64,000 nucleotides of DNA from Oopsacas minuta (lineage: Eukaryota; Animalia; Porifera): NCBI GenBank assembly GCA_024704765.1, contig JAKMXF010000298.1, positions 434,001 through 498,000 on the forward strand, read 5' to 3'. This document shows, piece after piece, positions 49,930 through 61,284 of the stretch. The position numbers and the translations under genes were made by a program. The notes beneath the pieces are model-generated. The model searched no databases. It saw only the letters and a list, made by a program, of their open reading frames with translations, and was not told where the DNA came from. Positions within the stretch are counted from its first letter, which is position 1. Each line of letters begins with the position of its first letter.

Positions 49930-50613
49930 ATGTCAGGCCTGAAGCTATTCACAGACCCCATATCACAGCCATGTAGGGCTGTAATGATTTTACTCGATAT
50001 CAATAAAATCCAATTCGAAACGGTTCTGATACAAATATTGAAAGGAGAACATAAGACTAATCAGGAATTGAAGGCTGTAAATCCGAATTGTTTGATACCT
50101 GCATTGCTTGATGGGACTTTTTCACTTTATGAGAGTGGAGCTATTCTTAGGTATATTTGTAATACTCGGCCTGTTGCAGATAATTGGTATCCTAAGGACC
50201 CTAAAATACGCGCTAAAGTTGACCAGTATTTGGACTGGCATCACTCAGCGATCAGAATATCTACTGTTTGGTTTTTGGCACAGTATGTCTCAAAAAAACC
50301 TCCCTCAGACCCTGAGATCGTGAAAGTTAAGGAGAAATTGGTTGCTTCGCTTACAATCCTAGACAGTCATACTTTGAAAGAGAATAAATTCATTGCTGGA
50401 GAAAACATTTCAATCGCTGATTTGCAATTATTGTGTGAACTATCTGAATTCTGGATTGTCAACAAAAATATTTACGCTGGATTCCAGAGGATTGAAGAGT
50501 GGGTGAAAAATTGTGTCGAGTTGCTAAATCCACATTTCGACCACAATAACGCAGCTATTATGCAACTTAAAGAAAGTGGTGCACTTGGTTCCGACCCTGA
50601 CCCACTCAAGTAA
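49930..50613 (+). CDS. Glutathione S-transferase, theta class, 227 aa (ATG at 49930)
   Basis: DPISQPCRAV, VNPNCLIPALLDGTFSLYESGAILRYI, WYPKD, VDQYLDWHH, FIAGENISIADL. Confidence 0.9.
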   Translation: MSGLKLFTDPISQPCRAVMILLDINKIQFETVLIQILKGEHKTNQELKAVNPNCLIPALLDGTFSLYESGAILRYICNTRPVADNWYPKDPKIRAKVDQYLDWHHSAIRISTVWFLAQYVSKKPPSDPEIVKVKEKLVASLTILDSHTLKENKFIAGENISIADLQLLCELSEFWIVNKNIYAGFQRIEEWVKNCVELLNPHFDHNNAAIMQLKESGALGSDPDPLK

Positions 50614-51791
50614 CCTTTGTTCAGAAGTTAGTATCCATAGTCCATTTAGGGATTTATAGAGTTTGCTTCTCTTCTTCAAGCTTTGTATCCATATTTACGT
50701 GGATATATTGTATATTGAAACTAAAACTATTTTGTGTTTCAACATGATATGACTAGCATGGACAACTCACATACATTCTGGGTTGCTTAATGTGAAACAC
50801 GAAGGGAGCAAAATCTTATTAATAATAAACAGACTTCATAGTAATGGAACTGAATTCAATATAATCCTTTGGAATGACTTTGTTCACAAGCAAGGATGAA
50901 AAGCTGTTAACTACCAATTTGACTGTTTGCGGTTAATAGCCACAATTCTCCAAGCAATCAACTGGTAAATTTGCAGCTATTTGAGCTCTTAAACCAAATT
51001 ATTGCAGTAATCAGCCTAATTTGAATCATAACAAATAATTTTAAGCTCCCAATTTTAGGTAATACGTATTTATAGACAGGCCGTAATAAGCAGTTTTCAG
51101 TTTGTCAAGTTGAGCTAATATTTCCTAGGAAAATGGTGGAAAACGACTGAATGGTGGAACCAAGCAGAAATTGATATAAGTAGGCATAAAAACGATCAGT
51201 TTGTCGGATAATAGTTCATTAAAATATCGGTTGTATCAAATATTGATGCCAATTCTTCGGTAAAAGAAATCAAACATGGGGGGCTAAGGTATCGACAAAT
51301 TTGGGAAAAAATCTCGATAATCAATTTCTAGAGCCAGGGTTACTCGGGTGGCTTGGCCAGAAACAGAATCATATAAATAGTGTTAAATTGCTCAGTTTAG
51401 TAGTCTAATACCTTTATTCCGCTTAAGAGGGTAAATTGGCCTGGTCCTGATGTGACCATGTGAAGCGGAGTCTAGTGGATATATATATATGTTCAACAGG
51501 GGTAATATGCGAAATTGGGCATTTTTGCATTAGCCATAATGCTGGATAATGTAGCTATTTGCTAACTTCTCAGGCATTTTGCAAAATGTCTCCTTCATTA
51601 GCCAATTTGCATAATGCCAAATATTGTGCAGTAGTAGGAGCCGCATAACCGGGACACCTCGGGAGTAAGGTTTTGTCCCCATTATCCGGACATCCCGTTT
51701 TACCAGTGTAAATCTTTAGATGCTTTACTATTAGACTCGGTTAAGCAGCTTCCACTGTATCAATTGTTTCGTTCGTTCCGGACATTAGGTA

Positions 51792-52028
51792 CAGTAGACC
51801 CTCGGTATCCGAACAGCAGGAAGTTTGTTTAGTTTGTGAAAATTGTACACATTTTTGGAGCTTCTGACTACTCTAGTACTAGTTTTTTTGAAAGCTGTCG
51901 TGGTATTATGCCTTAGTGGCATGAACATGCAGTAAAATATACTAAATTACAAAATCCTCTATTTCACTTATCCGAACACCATACTTGAAATTCAAAGACA
52001 AGGTGTTCGGGTAATCGAGGGCGAACTG
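51792..52028. mobile_element. pogo/Tigger-like MITE
   Basis: TA|cagtagaccctcggtatccgaac ... gttcgggtaatcgagggcgaactg|TA. Confidence 0.6.
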
Positions 52029-52172
52029 TACATATGTCCAAATTGCTGGACATTATGCAATTGCAGGTTGTCTAATTGATGTACAGCTTCATAAATTATC
52101 ATTCAGGATGCATTGCATCCCTGTATCCATATCTTACCTAACCATAAGAGTAATTAAAGTAAATTATCGAAG

Positions 52173-52180
52173 TATATATA
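52173..52180 (+). promoter_or_regulatory. TATA box at -31..-24 of ncRNA copy A
   Basis: TATATATA upstream of the inferred start at 52204; same offset as copy B. Confidence 0.5.
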
Positions 52181-52203
52181 TGAATGAGAGTATGTTAAAT
52201 ATC

Positions 52204-52331
52204 AGGAGGCCTTGTCTATTGCTACTTCGCTTATTAGTTTAATGGTATAACGCACATACTGCACTTGTGAATTCTCGGTTCAATTCCCAGATAAGCCTCT
52301 CTCTACTGCAATAGGCGCAATCCTCCTTTTT
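52204..52331 (+). ncRNA. Putative Pol III ncRNA (copy A): tRNA-like cloverleaf (52228-52298) inside a 5'/3' panhandle, 128 nt
   Basis: A box TAGTTTAATGG, B box GGTTCAATTCC, acceptor-like GCTTAT/ATAAGC, outer stems AGGAGG/CCTCCT and GTCTATTGC/GCAATAGGC, T5 end. Confidence 0.7.
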
Positions 52332-53252
52332 GGCAAATTCAGGGCCATTAAAGAATGGAATTGTGCATGATAGTATCCACTGCGTAGAAGTAAAGTAATT
52401 AGATGCTTATTAATAAGTCAAAGTCAAGGGGCTTGTAACTCTCTAAATGGTCCGGGCCGTGGAAAAATATGGCCGACATCAATAAATGCAATATTCTCAA
52501 CTAATCTGATCGAAAATCGATTCAATAAGTAGATATCGATCTCAAGACCTAATCTAACAACCACGAGGAAGTTAGACATCAGTGACAACATACAGAAGTC
52601 TGAAACTAACTAATAATGATAATCATGACAATATTAGTGCGGTAGCTAAATCAGATGCGGGCGGTGGAGCTGAAATATGTTTCCAACTAACAGTGGATTA
52701 ATATATTCTAATAATTGTGTACTTTGGTGAGTTCAACACTGCCAATATAAAACCCAATACAGGACCTTAGGCTCGGGTCCTGCCGGATTAATGGCATAGT
52801 ATAATTATAATAGATTTAAGAGTACCAGAACGAATTTCTTTCTTGACAATCCAATAGTATCGTTAGTTAAGGAAATATAGCAGTAAGTACGTCCTACATT
52901 GCTTTCAAAATGATACGTGTATATTACAAGTGTTAGAAGTTGTAACGTCAATTATTAAATATATCAGGTTTTCAAATGTTAAATAATTATTGAAGTAGCC
53001 CCACAGATAGAACACGACCTGGTCGAAAGGTAGTTTAGAACTAACCAAGGTAATATACTTAAAAGCGAGATATTAACGATAGAGCATATCTAACAAATGT
53101 ATAGCAAATAACAACATTAATGTGTTATCAAATATAAAACACTACAACGTCGTTAGAATCTACGAGTATAGTATACGTAACCAGCCAATATAACCAAATC
53201 AATAATATGCATAAAAGAAGTAGCAAATTTGTTTTAGAAGCTCAGAGAGAAG

Positions 53253-53609
53253 CTACAGTCTCTTGTGTTTACCGATTAGCCATTTGCAGTTGGGACAACG
53301 ATGCTCCACATCTTTTAGCGAATCGATAACACAGGGTATCCAGAAGCAAGGCCAGCAAATGAGTAGGAATATTATTAGAGAAATCAAGATTGTGAGTGTA
53401 CCTACTACAAAGTTTACTTCAGTTGTCACATGTTTGTGGCAGTTAGGACAGACACAAGCAACGGAGGATTCTCCGAAGCTAGTAGGGAGGATATTCACCA
53501 CTTGAGGGGCAGGAGCGGGCACTGGTTGGGGTGGGTAAAGGTAGCCTGGATTTTGTGGGGGAGGAGGTCCATAGGGAGGAGGTTGAATCAGAGGATCTTT
53601 CTCAGTCAT
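53253..53609 (-). CDS. LITAF-domain protein C, intronless, 118 aa
   Basis: PPPY motif, Pro-rich N-terminus, CVCPNC...hydrophobic stretch...HRCPNC...IG. Confidence 0.92.
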   Translation of the reverse strand: MTEKDPLIQPPPYGPPPPQNPGYLYPPQPVPAPAPQVVNILPTSFGESSVACVCPNCHKHVTTEVNFVVGTLTILISLIIFLLICWPCFWIPCVIDSLKDVEHRCPNCKWLIGKHKRL

Positions 53610-53938
53610 ACTAACTAACGATAATTAATAAATATTCATTTAATTATTGTCATCACATTGATACTTATATGTATACGTCATGCCCTGTAGATGGTTCAGT
53701 TGGTAAGAAGTCCATCTGACCAACATTGGACACTTAGTAAGATGTTAGTTAACCGGATAAATCTACGTTACCCGTATTAGGTAAACCTGACAAATTGAAA
53801 ACTGATTGCTATATGCTGCTGGATTGTATAGGAGCAGTTCAAACGTTACGTAACTTTACTTAGGGGGTGTCCAACCTGCATAACACCTTGTTTATGGTTT
53901 ACGCTTCTAAATTTTTCATTTCCTGAGAGAACACTATA

Positions 53939-54175
53939 CCGTAGTCTGGGGCTACTTTGGCCTACTGGGTTTGCTTTAGCCCAAATATCAGAGTTTCAAA
54001 GAAACTAGATTAGATTCAGTATTATACTTGAATATGACTTGGCAAATTTTTAACGAATTTTCAAATATCGTTAGACAATTTCGAATACAAATACAATATC
54101 TATTCGATAGGTAAGGAAATTTCAATATTTGGGCTAAAGCAAACCCAGTGGGGCCAAAGTAGCCCCAGTTTACGG
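53939..54175. mobile_element. Tc1/mariner-type MITE with ~50-bp TIRs, 237 bp
   Basis: TA|ccgtagtctggggctactttggcctactgggtttgctttagcccaaatat ... atatttgggctaaagcaaacccagtggggccaaagtagccccagtttacgg|TA. Confidence 0.85.
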
Positions 54176-54888
54176 TACCTCAAATTGATCTCAAATAATG
54201 TAAGTTAAATATTATAAGCCTACCTGATTTAATCAATTAATAATATAATTAGTACCATATTGTTGAGTTATATAAAGCTTCCCTAATTAGTACACTGGAG
54301 GCAAGTTAAATACTTCTAAAAATACAATGTGATAGATAGATAGACAAATATGGTATGCTAGATGTAATATGAGCAGAGGTGCCGGATGGATTATGGATAA
54401 TGATGGCGGTCATGGTCTCACTCCGCAAAAAACGAGGGTAGATTTTTTGTTTATCAACGATTTGAATTTGAGATCCGTATTCCATATGGATATGTTATTC
54501 ATATATGAAATGGATTACGGATTGGATTTGGACTATGATTTGGATCCATCCGGCCTATATTGTACGTACATACCTAAATCAACTTATAGAATCTGATTCT
54601 ATATTAAAATCTCTCTGAAGGAATTTGTTCAGTTGTTTATGTTACGCAATTGAGCTCCATTTATGAAATAGGGAGCTGAATCTGGGCTCCAAAAGAATCG
54701 TGACACGGGGAAGAGAGGGACCCAAAATGCGTTTAGGGAATATTGCGTACATGCATCACGTAACGTTTGAACGGTCCCTTATAGAGCACTGATTTAGCTA
54801 TCTTCCAGAATAAATTGTACGTAGGTGCTTAGAAGATATAAACAGATAATATGTATATATGCTTTAATATTTAAAGATAACTGGAATC

Positions 54889-54940
<52 letters not shown>
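54889..54940. repeat. (AAT)n microsatellite, ~17 units, just downstream of the ANKEF1 stop
   Basis: Direct reading. Confidence 0.95.
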
Positions 54941-54942
<2 letters not shown>

Positions 54943-54996
54943 TGATTGTAGAGTTGAAAAAGAATTACTCCACGGTTAATAAGTGATGGATAATAA

Positions 54997-57900
54997 CTAC
55001 AGATCTTCTGTATCCATATGTTTAACACGAGCATCAATACTTATCGTAAAAGGAGATCTTATTTCACCGAAATCAACCACATCCTCTCCCTGACTCTCTC
55101 TCAGAGATTGTTGTCTCTTGAGAAATTCTTGGGTTGACGGAGGTCTAGACCCCCAAGCGGTGGGAGGCTTGTTAACAGAGGGGAGAGTGGAACCTGGAGT
55201 GATCGTGTTGCCTGGATTTAAACTATGACGTAATAGATCAATCTTCTCCATGGGTGTAGGGAGACGAGCTGGTGGATTAGTTTTAGGAGCCAATACACTT
55301 ATTTGGTCTGGAGTTAGTTTAGGCATCGCATCATCCTCATCTTCCCCCTTTCCTTTTTTCTTTCCTTTCTCTTTCTTTCCTTTTCCCTTTTTCTCTTTCT
55401 TCTTCCCTTTCTTCTCTCCCTTCCCAGCTTTTTCTTCCTGTTTCTCTTCCTTAATTAATCCTCTAGCTACTAACAATGTATCACTATCTCCCCATTCATA
55501 GGCTATGTCCAGAGCAGTTTTTCCACTTTTGTTCCTGAGATCAGTCTTAGCACCTCTATCCAATAATAACTTAACCAAGTCAATCTTTGAGCTCTCCATA
55601 GCGCGCATCAGTGATGTACCTCCATGTATTGTCTGAGTGTTTATGTCAGCTCCTGATTCAATAAGACGCTGTACTATGTTTATGTGTCCTGCGTGCGATG
55701 CGTGGTGTATAGGTCGCCAGAGAAAGTTGTCAAACGCATTCACATCAGCACCTAAAAGCGTAATAGGTTAGGACATATTTCAGAGAGGGATATTTTATCC
55801 GTTTTATTGGACATATGTTGAATACACAGATTTATCTAAGAGCGCTCCTTTTGGCGTTTGATTTAGAGCAAAAAGACTTCTCTATCCTCCAAAATTCATA
55901 TCCTAATTACAGGAAGTAGCAAGCAGATACGTACATATAAATTATACAGGTTGACCTATACTATACAAATATATAGAGCCAATAAAGTTAGTCCCGTTAA
56001 CTTCTAACTAACCGCACCAAGGGCCATGTGATTTAGCGTATGAAAATTAGAGAGAGGAGAGTAAGGATCGTGCTCCCACGGACCTGTAAAACACCCTAGT
56101 TGAGTGCCATGACCCTCCAAACCAAGGTTTCATCCAGCTTTTCTGAATCATACGCCTAAAATGCTCCCATTCATTTTTATGCGAATTATACATGGAGTTA
56201 CGAATTTCTACATCGTTATAGCCTAAATGTATCATTAAGAAGAACAAATTAATTAATAGTACAAACCTCTCTCCAGCAACCAGTCAACAACATCAATCCG
56301 TCCGTGAGCACAAGCCATCATCAGAGGCGTCTTATTAAACTTGTCTCTAATCTCAGTAGTAGCTATACCCCGAGTAAGGGCAGACTCTAGAGACACAAAG
56401 TCTGCCTGTTTAACCGCATCATATATGTTAAGATACTGTTTGTCAGGCTCAGGCATGTACCAATGGGAGTCATCTTGTGAAGGGTTAGACACCGGAGCAT
56501 CTCGCGGAAATCTAATCGGATCTGAGCAATACTCCTCTTTTAAAATCATATGGTCAGGTATATCAGGACGAGGACCACTCTTGGGAGTGATTGGAATGTC
56601 AAATGGTATCTTTAACTTTTTCCCTTTCTTTCCGCCTTTCTTGCCTTTCTTACCCTTCTTGCCTTTCTGAGATTTTCCTAGAGATTTTCAAAATATCATA
56701 ATCATTTACATATATATACACCGAAGTAACATACAGTGTGTTACTGTATTTGTGTAATCATAGCTATGGTGTAATAGAAGCTATAATAAATTATTAATCT
56801 GAGGACCGCGATTATTACTTCGATATAACCAATAAGTAACTTTAACGGTTTGGGGTCAAATTTTAAGACTTCGAAATAAGCAGATGTACATGTGTCTGTG
56901 TTGGAACAAGGAAGTTAGGAGCCTATAATTAGCCCACCTCAACCAGACGTAATGTTAGTGTATTCTAAATTGGAACTGATCAAAATTCTCAATCGAGGCT
57001 TTCGCATTATTAAACCCGAATTTCCTTATTAAAATGACAGAATTAATTTATTAGTATCTATGGATATATTGTAATCCCACCAGTTAAATCATTAGCTGAT
57101 ATCTTATATGAGAAGTGTAAGTATTTGTTCTCTTGTAAGAAGGTCTTGAAGGGAACAGGAATATCTTTATTCTTAGTCAAGAGATTTAGGAGATTTTCTA
57201 GTTCGTCTTTCTCAGCAGGAGCACCAACTTCTAACAGACACTAAATGAAATGAAAATTTGTAATTACCCTTAGAAAAAAGGTGTGAAAATGTAATTAATC
57301 ATATGATAAAGCTGTATATTTGTAACTTTCAGACTCTGAAAATCTCAAAATCGGACTCTACGCACCAAACTACCCCTGACAACATGTGGAAACATAATCT
57401 CTAGCATCCTTTTGAATTTTACGTAGAAAGGTGTGAACTGTGAAAATATACACATTAGAAAATTTCAAATTTCAGGTACTCAACTAGAGGGCACTACGAC
57501 AGTATTTAAATGAATCAGCACTCGGTGAGTATTTTTTTTCGTGAAGACGATAACCCCAGTGCTTATTGAGGTTAAAATATTTTCAATTTCGTGTAGAACT
57601 ATCCTCTGGTGTGTATTCAGAGGTTTATGGTACCGGAATACTACCAATGAGATTATATAAAAGGCCATTGAAATGATAAACTTGTTCCAGCTCTGCATGA
57701 CACCTATGTGCATGCTTGCATGTGGCATTTCCTCATAAGTATCTCATTATTTTATGACGTAGCAGAGACAAATTTGCTAAGTGATCTCCATTGTCCTGTC
57801 TTGTATAATATTGTATATAGCTGAATTGTATAGAGTAATGGCGAAATCAATATCCGTTGTCTATGCGTTGAAATAATTTAGTAACGGAAGGTGGGCTAAA

Positions 57901-60081
57901 TTAGCTAAATTAGTAAATAGCCAGTAAATTATGAGACTAACATTAATTAATTCTGGCTTAGACAACTCTCCCTTTCCTTCTACATCTACTTTCTTGAGTT
58001 GAGTATATAGATCGTACTTGTTAACTTGAATCCAGTCGTACAGCTGTACTAACCAGGCTTCTGAATAACCTTTAGGATTACCTCCGCTGAGTACTTTATC
58101 TTGCTGATCTCCCAGTTTCTTTAAATCTTTTCCAATAGCTTTACTACCAAGAGACAAGGCAATCTGCTTAGCTAACAATCCTTCCGTATTCTCTTGTGAA
58201 CACGGAGCACCACGCTGTGCAAGGAACTTACAGGTCAGCTGATCAGGTAGAGATGCAGCTAGATGGAGCGGTGTATTATGATCAGGATGAGATGTGACAG
58301 AGAAGTCAGCTCGGTAACCAGATAAAGTAGTTAGGACGCCAAAACTTCTAGATTGTGAAGCGTAGTGTGCTGATGTCCAACCACGAGAATCCGCGGCCTA
58401 AAGAATAATTGAAATATATACAATGGAGTCTCCCAATAACGAACATATTGAGGATTAGATTTGTCATTTGTAGGTGAGATGTCCGCTATTTACATGTATT
58501 ATTAACATATTTCGTTCCTCCAGCTTGTCAGTTGTAGAGACGTTATCCGCTTTTCGGAGTGTCCCTTTTGGAGACTCCAATGTAAATGATAGGCAAAATA
58601 GTAGTACTATATAGAATGAAATTATATTCTCCACCCAGCATCACAGGATCTGGCTTACCCAAGGTCAGGATTTTCAGATCTGGGAAAAATGCCCCGTTTA
58701 CCCCCGCTAGGACAGCCACTACTCACTAACAGCTAATTAGTTTAAAATAGGTAATATTGTATTTTTACTAAAAAGTGCTCAGTAATTGAGGATGGATTAT
58801 TTTATCAAACCTACCAACCTGTAAGTCAGCCCCTGCATGAGCTAGCACTCGTACACACTCTGAATGTCCTGCTTCAGAACTAATCATCAGGGCAGTCTTA
58901 CCAGATTTCTTAATACAACTGTTTGCAGATGCTCCTTTAGCTAACAGAATTTCAGCTGCCTTCGATTCTCCTGCTTGACAAGCTGCAAGAAGAACTGGAA
59001 AACCATCTGAGGATCGAACCTATAGAAATCCAACTTGTTAATAAGTTTTTAAGCATGGCAATACACCCACTATATTTATAATTCACACCTGTCCTGTATC
59101 CTGTATCCTGTATCCTGTATTCATATGATTCTCGCAAACTGAGACATATATCGGCGGGAATATGAAATCTAAGGGTTTGTCAATGGAAATCCAGGAAGCT
59201 ATTTTATTAAATTTCAATTGTTGTCTGTCAGGTTATCCGTTCTCAAGAAAAATTATGGAATTTGAATTCGAAATTCGCAATCTGAGATAACTATGTATTT
59301 TATCGCAGTTATCAAGAAATAGAAAATAATTCATTAGAACGTAAATAATATATCGCAAATGCTAAATCCGATTTTCACACTTTATATTTCATCCTATTAA
59401 AGGGTGTTGGGAAGTGTAAAATTGTACTATATTGTACAATTTTGTAATTGTAACATATGTGTTGCTACGAATAAAAACTCTTAAAGTTATTTATGAATAT
59501 ATAACTAACAAAATAATGAAATCTCAAACCTAATATATAATAAGGCCATGTCAAATAAATTACTTATTTCTCATCAGGAATTATTTCGGAAACTGGGAAG
59601 GTGGGCGGGCGGGCGGTTATTATGCTTGTATGTATGCTAGAGTAATTACCTGATTAGGATCTGCTCCTGCTTCCAGGAGTTTCTCAATACACACACAATG
59701 TCTGTTAGTAGACTTCAGACAGTAGAACAATACATTACTCCCAGTAGCGTCTAATGACTTAACCTCTGCTCCTTTCTCCAATAGAGTATCTAACGACTGT
59801 ATATGTCCGTAATCAGCTGCCACCATGATAGGGCGTACCCCTTCCTTCGCCTCCAGATTAATATCAGCTCCCTGCTCCAGGAGGATACCAGTCAGCTGAT
59901 CATAGTTGTATCTGACTGCTACGTGTAAGGCTGCCTCTCCGGTCAAAGGATCCTGTAGATTCAACAGACCAGGTACTCCATAGAGGAGCATTTTGTAGAG
60001 TTGGTTAGCGTCATTGTTACGGATAGCTTGAGCGAGTTTCTTCACTTGTAAAACCTCGAGACGGCTGTTAGCACATGGCAT
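54997..60081 (-). CDS. ANKEF1: Ankyrin repeat and EF-hand domain-containing protein 1, 6 exons, 804 aa
   Basis: Exons 60081-59650, 59019-58819, 58397-57942, 57240-57081, 56677-56267, 55751-54997, phase-consistent; N-terminus SRLEVLQVKKL and VLFYCLKSTNRH, WLVQLYDW, DNFLWRPIHHASHAG resemble ANKEF1. Confidence 0.88.
57274..57437 (-). repeat. Dispersed repeat, inverted copy of 40190-40350
   Basis: Shared aaaggtgtgaaaa...tttgtaactttcagactctgaa...aaaatcggactctacgc...cccctgacaacatgt. Confidence 0.8.
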
Positions 60082-60376
60082 TCTAATGTATTAAATTCTA
60101 TGCAATATTATATAATAATTATTCGAAGTCGATACGGAATCTATTTAAGAATCCTCGAATATTTACACAAATAGAAAAGCATTGATGTAAGATCCTATAT
60201 TTCCAAAAATGGGAATATATCTAAAGTTAATTGCTCAGCAATAAAGGATGAAATTATAAATTAGTCAGAGTCACTGTAGTCAAGAAATACGTTTCATAAA
60301 AGTCTATCTAACTCAGATATAAGATAACTAATATTCCCTGCGGATAGTGGTTTGCTGTACTCTAACAGTTTAACAA

Positions 60377-60988
60377 CAGTAAAGGTTTGAAACCGAAATT
60401 TGTTAGAACAAGTCGTCTTGCTCAATGCCAGGTAATTCGTAGTTGAATTGTGATATCAGTTTCCAGATACTTGGGCGGGCTTCTCCGGTCAGCTAGAGGT
60501 GGAAACCGCGTGTTAAATTTTGCCTTTTCTGACTTCAGATAATCAATATCCACCATGTTTATGACTTCCAAAATTTTAGGTATACTCAGGGTGTTACCAG
60601 GAAATATGAAATTCTAATCAGAGCAGTATATGGTCATTTAATCATTAATATTCGGTCAAAGTGTACTATCCAAACAATTCGAAAATCCCCCCCTAGTAAA
60701 AATATATTCTACTCGATCGGGCCTTTTCAAATGGAAAAGTAAGTCGATTATGTTACTGAATTTTGGCGGGTAAAGCTAAGCTCTAATTGTCTAGTATATA
60801 AGTTGCGGGAACTGACCGAAAGAGAAAAGGATAAAGATATGTAAATACTAATTATCTGATTTCAGAAAAGACAAAGTCATAGTATCTCGAAACTGATACC
60901 ACAATTCAACTCTACGAACTACCTGGCACTGATCACTGAGTAAGGAGGACAACTTGTTCTATCAAAATCCGGCTTCAATTCCTAACTG
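60377..60988. mobile_element. Foldback-type MITE with long imperfect terminal inverted repeats
   Basis: 60392-60471 matches the reverse complement of 60881-60975 (agaacaagt...tgccaggtaattcgta...gttgaattgtg.tatcagtttc.agatact); further inverted match 60510-60548 vs 60848-60878. Confidence 0.6.
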
Positions 60989-61284
60989 TATGAGAGTAAA
61001 GCGAAACTATATTTTCGGTGCTTTGTGCCCTACCTATGATAATATACGACTTGAGAAACATTATATACAATATCACTGACATTACACACTGTACAAATAT
61101 ATACATATTTCAAATGACATCATATCTCGTATAGTATGTGGCTGTATAATCCCATGAAATTTGTAGATAAGACTGCTTCAATGCCCTGTCCCTGTGTCCT
61201 TCCCATCTCTTCCGAAACCCTAGGAAATTCCACACAAGTAAGTAGAAGATAAAAAGAACATAGCAAACATTAACAAGTTCAAAA

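Noticed and set aside
52228-52298. Canonical tRNA gene (Cys, Gly or Ala)
   Set aside because: C1:C72 mismatch, C:C mismatch in the T-stem, pyrimidine at 37, and a different loop triplet in the second copy; homology extends ~25-30 nt beyond the cloverleaf on both sides
47135-52331. Composite transposon carrying GST, with the two 128-nt copies as terminal inverted repeats
   Set aside because: No flanking TSD is seen, the repeats carry Pol III boxes, terminators and strand-specific G-U covariation, and no transposase lies inside
53683-53730. A-box-like sequence tggttcagttggtaag (possible tRNA or SINE head)
   Set aside because: No B box or cloverleaf follows
54369-54596. 75-aa plus-strand ORF with MD/LD repeats
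   Set aside because: Translation of a GGAT-rich MITE-like element with inverted ends ccggatggat / atccatccgg
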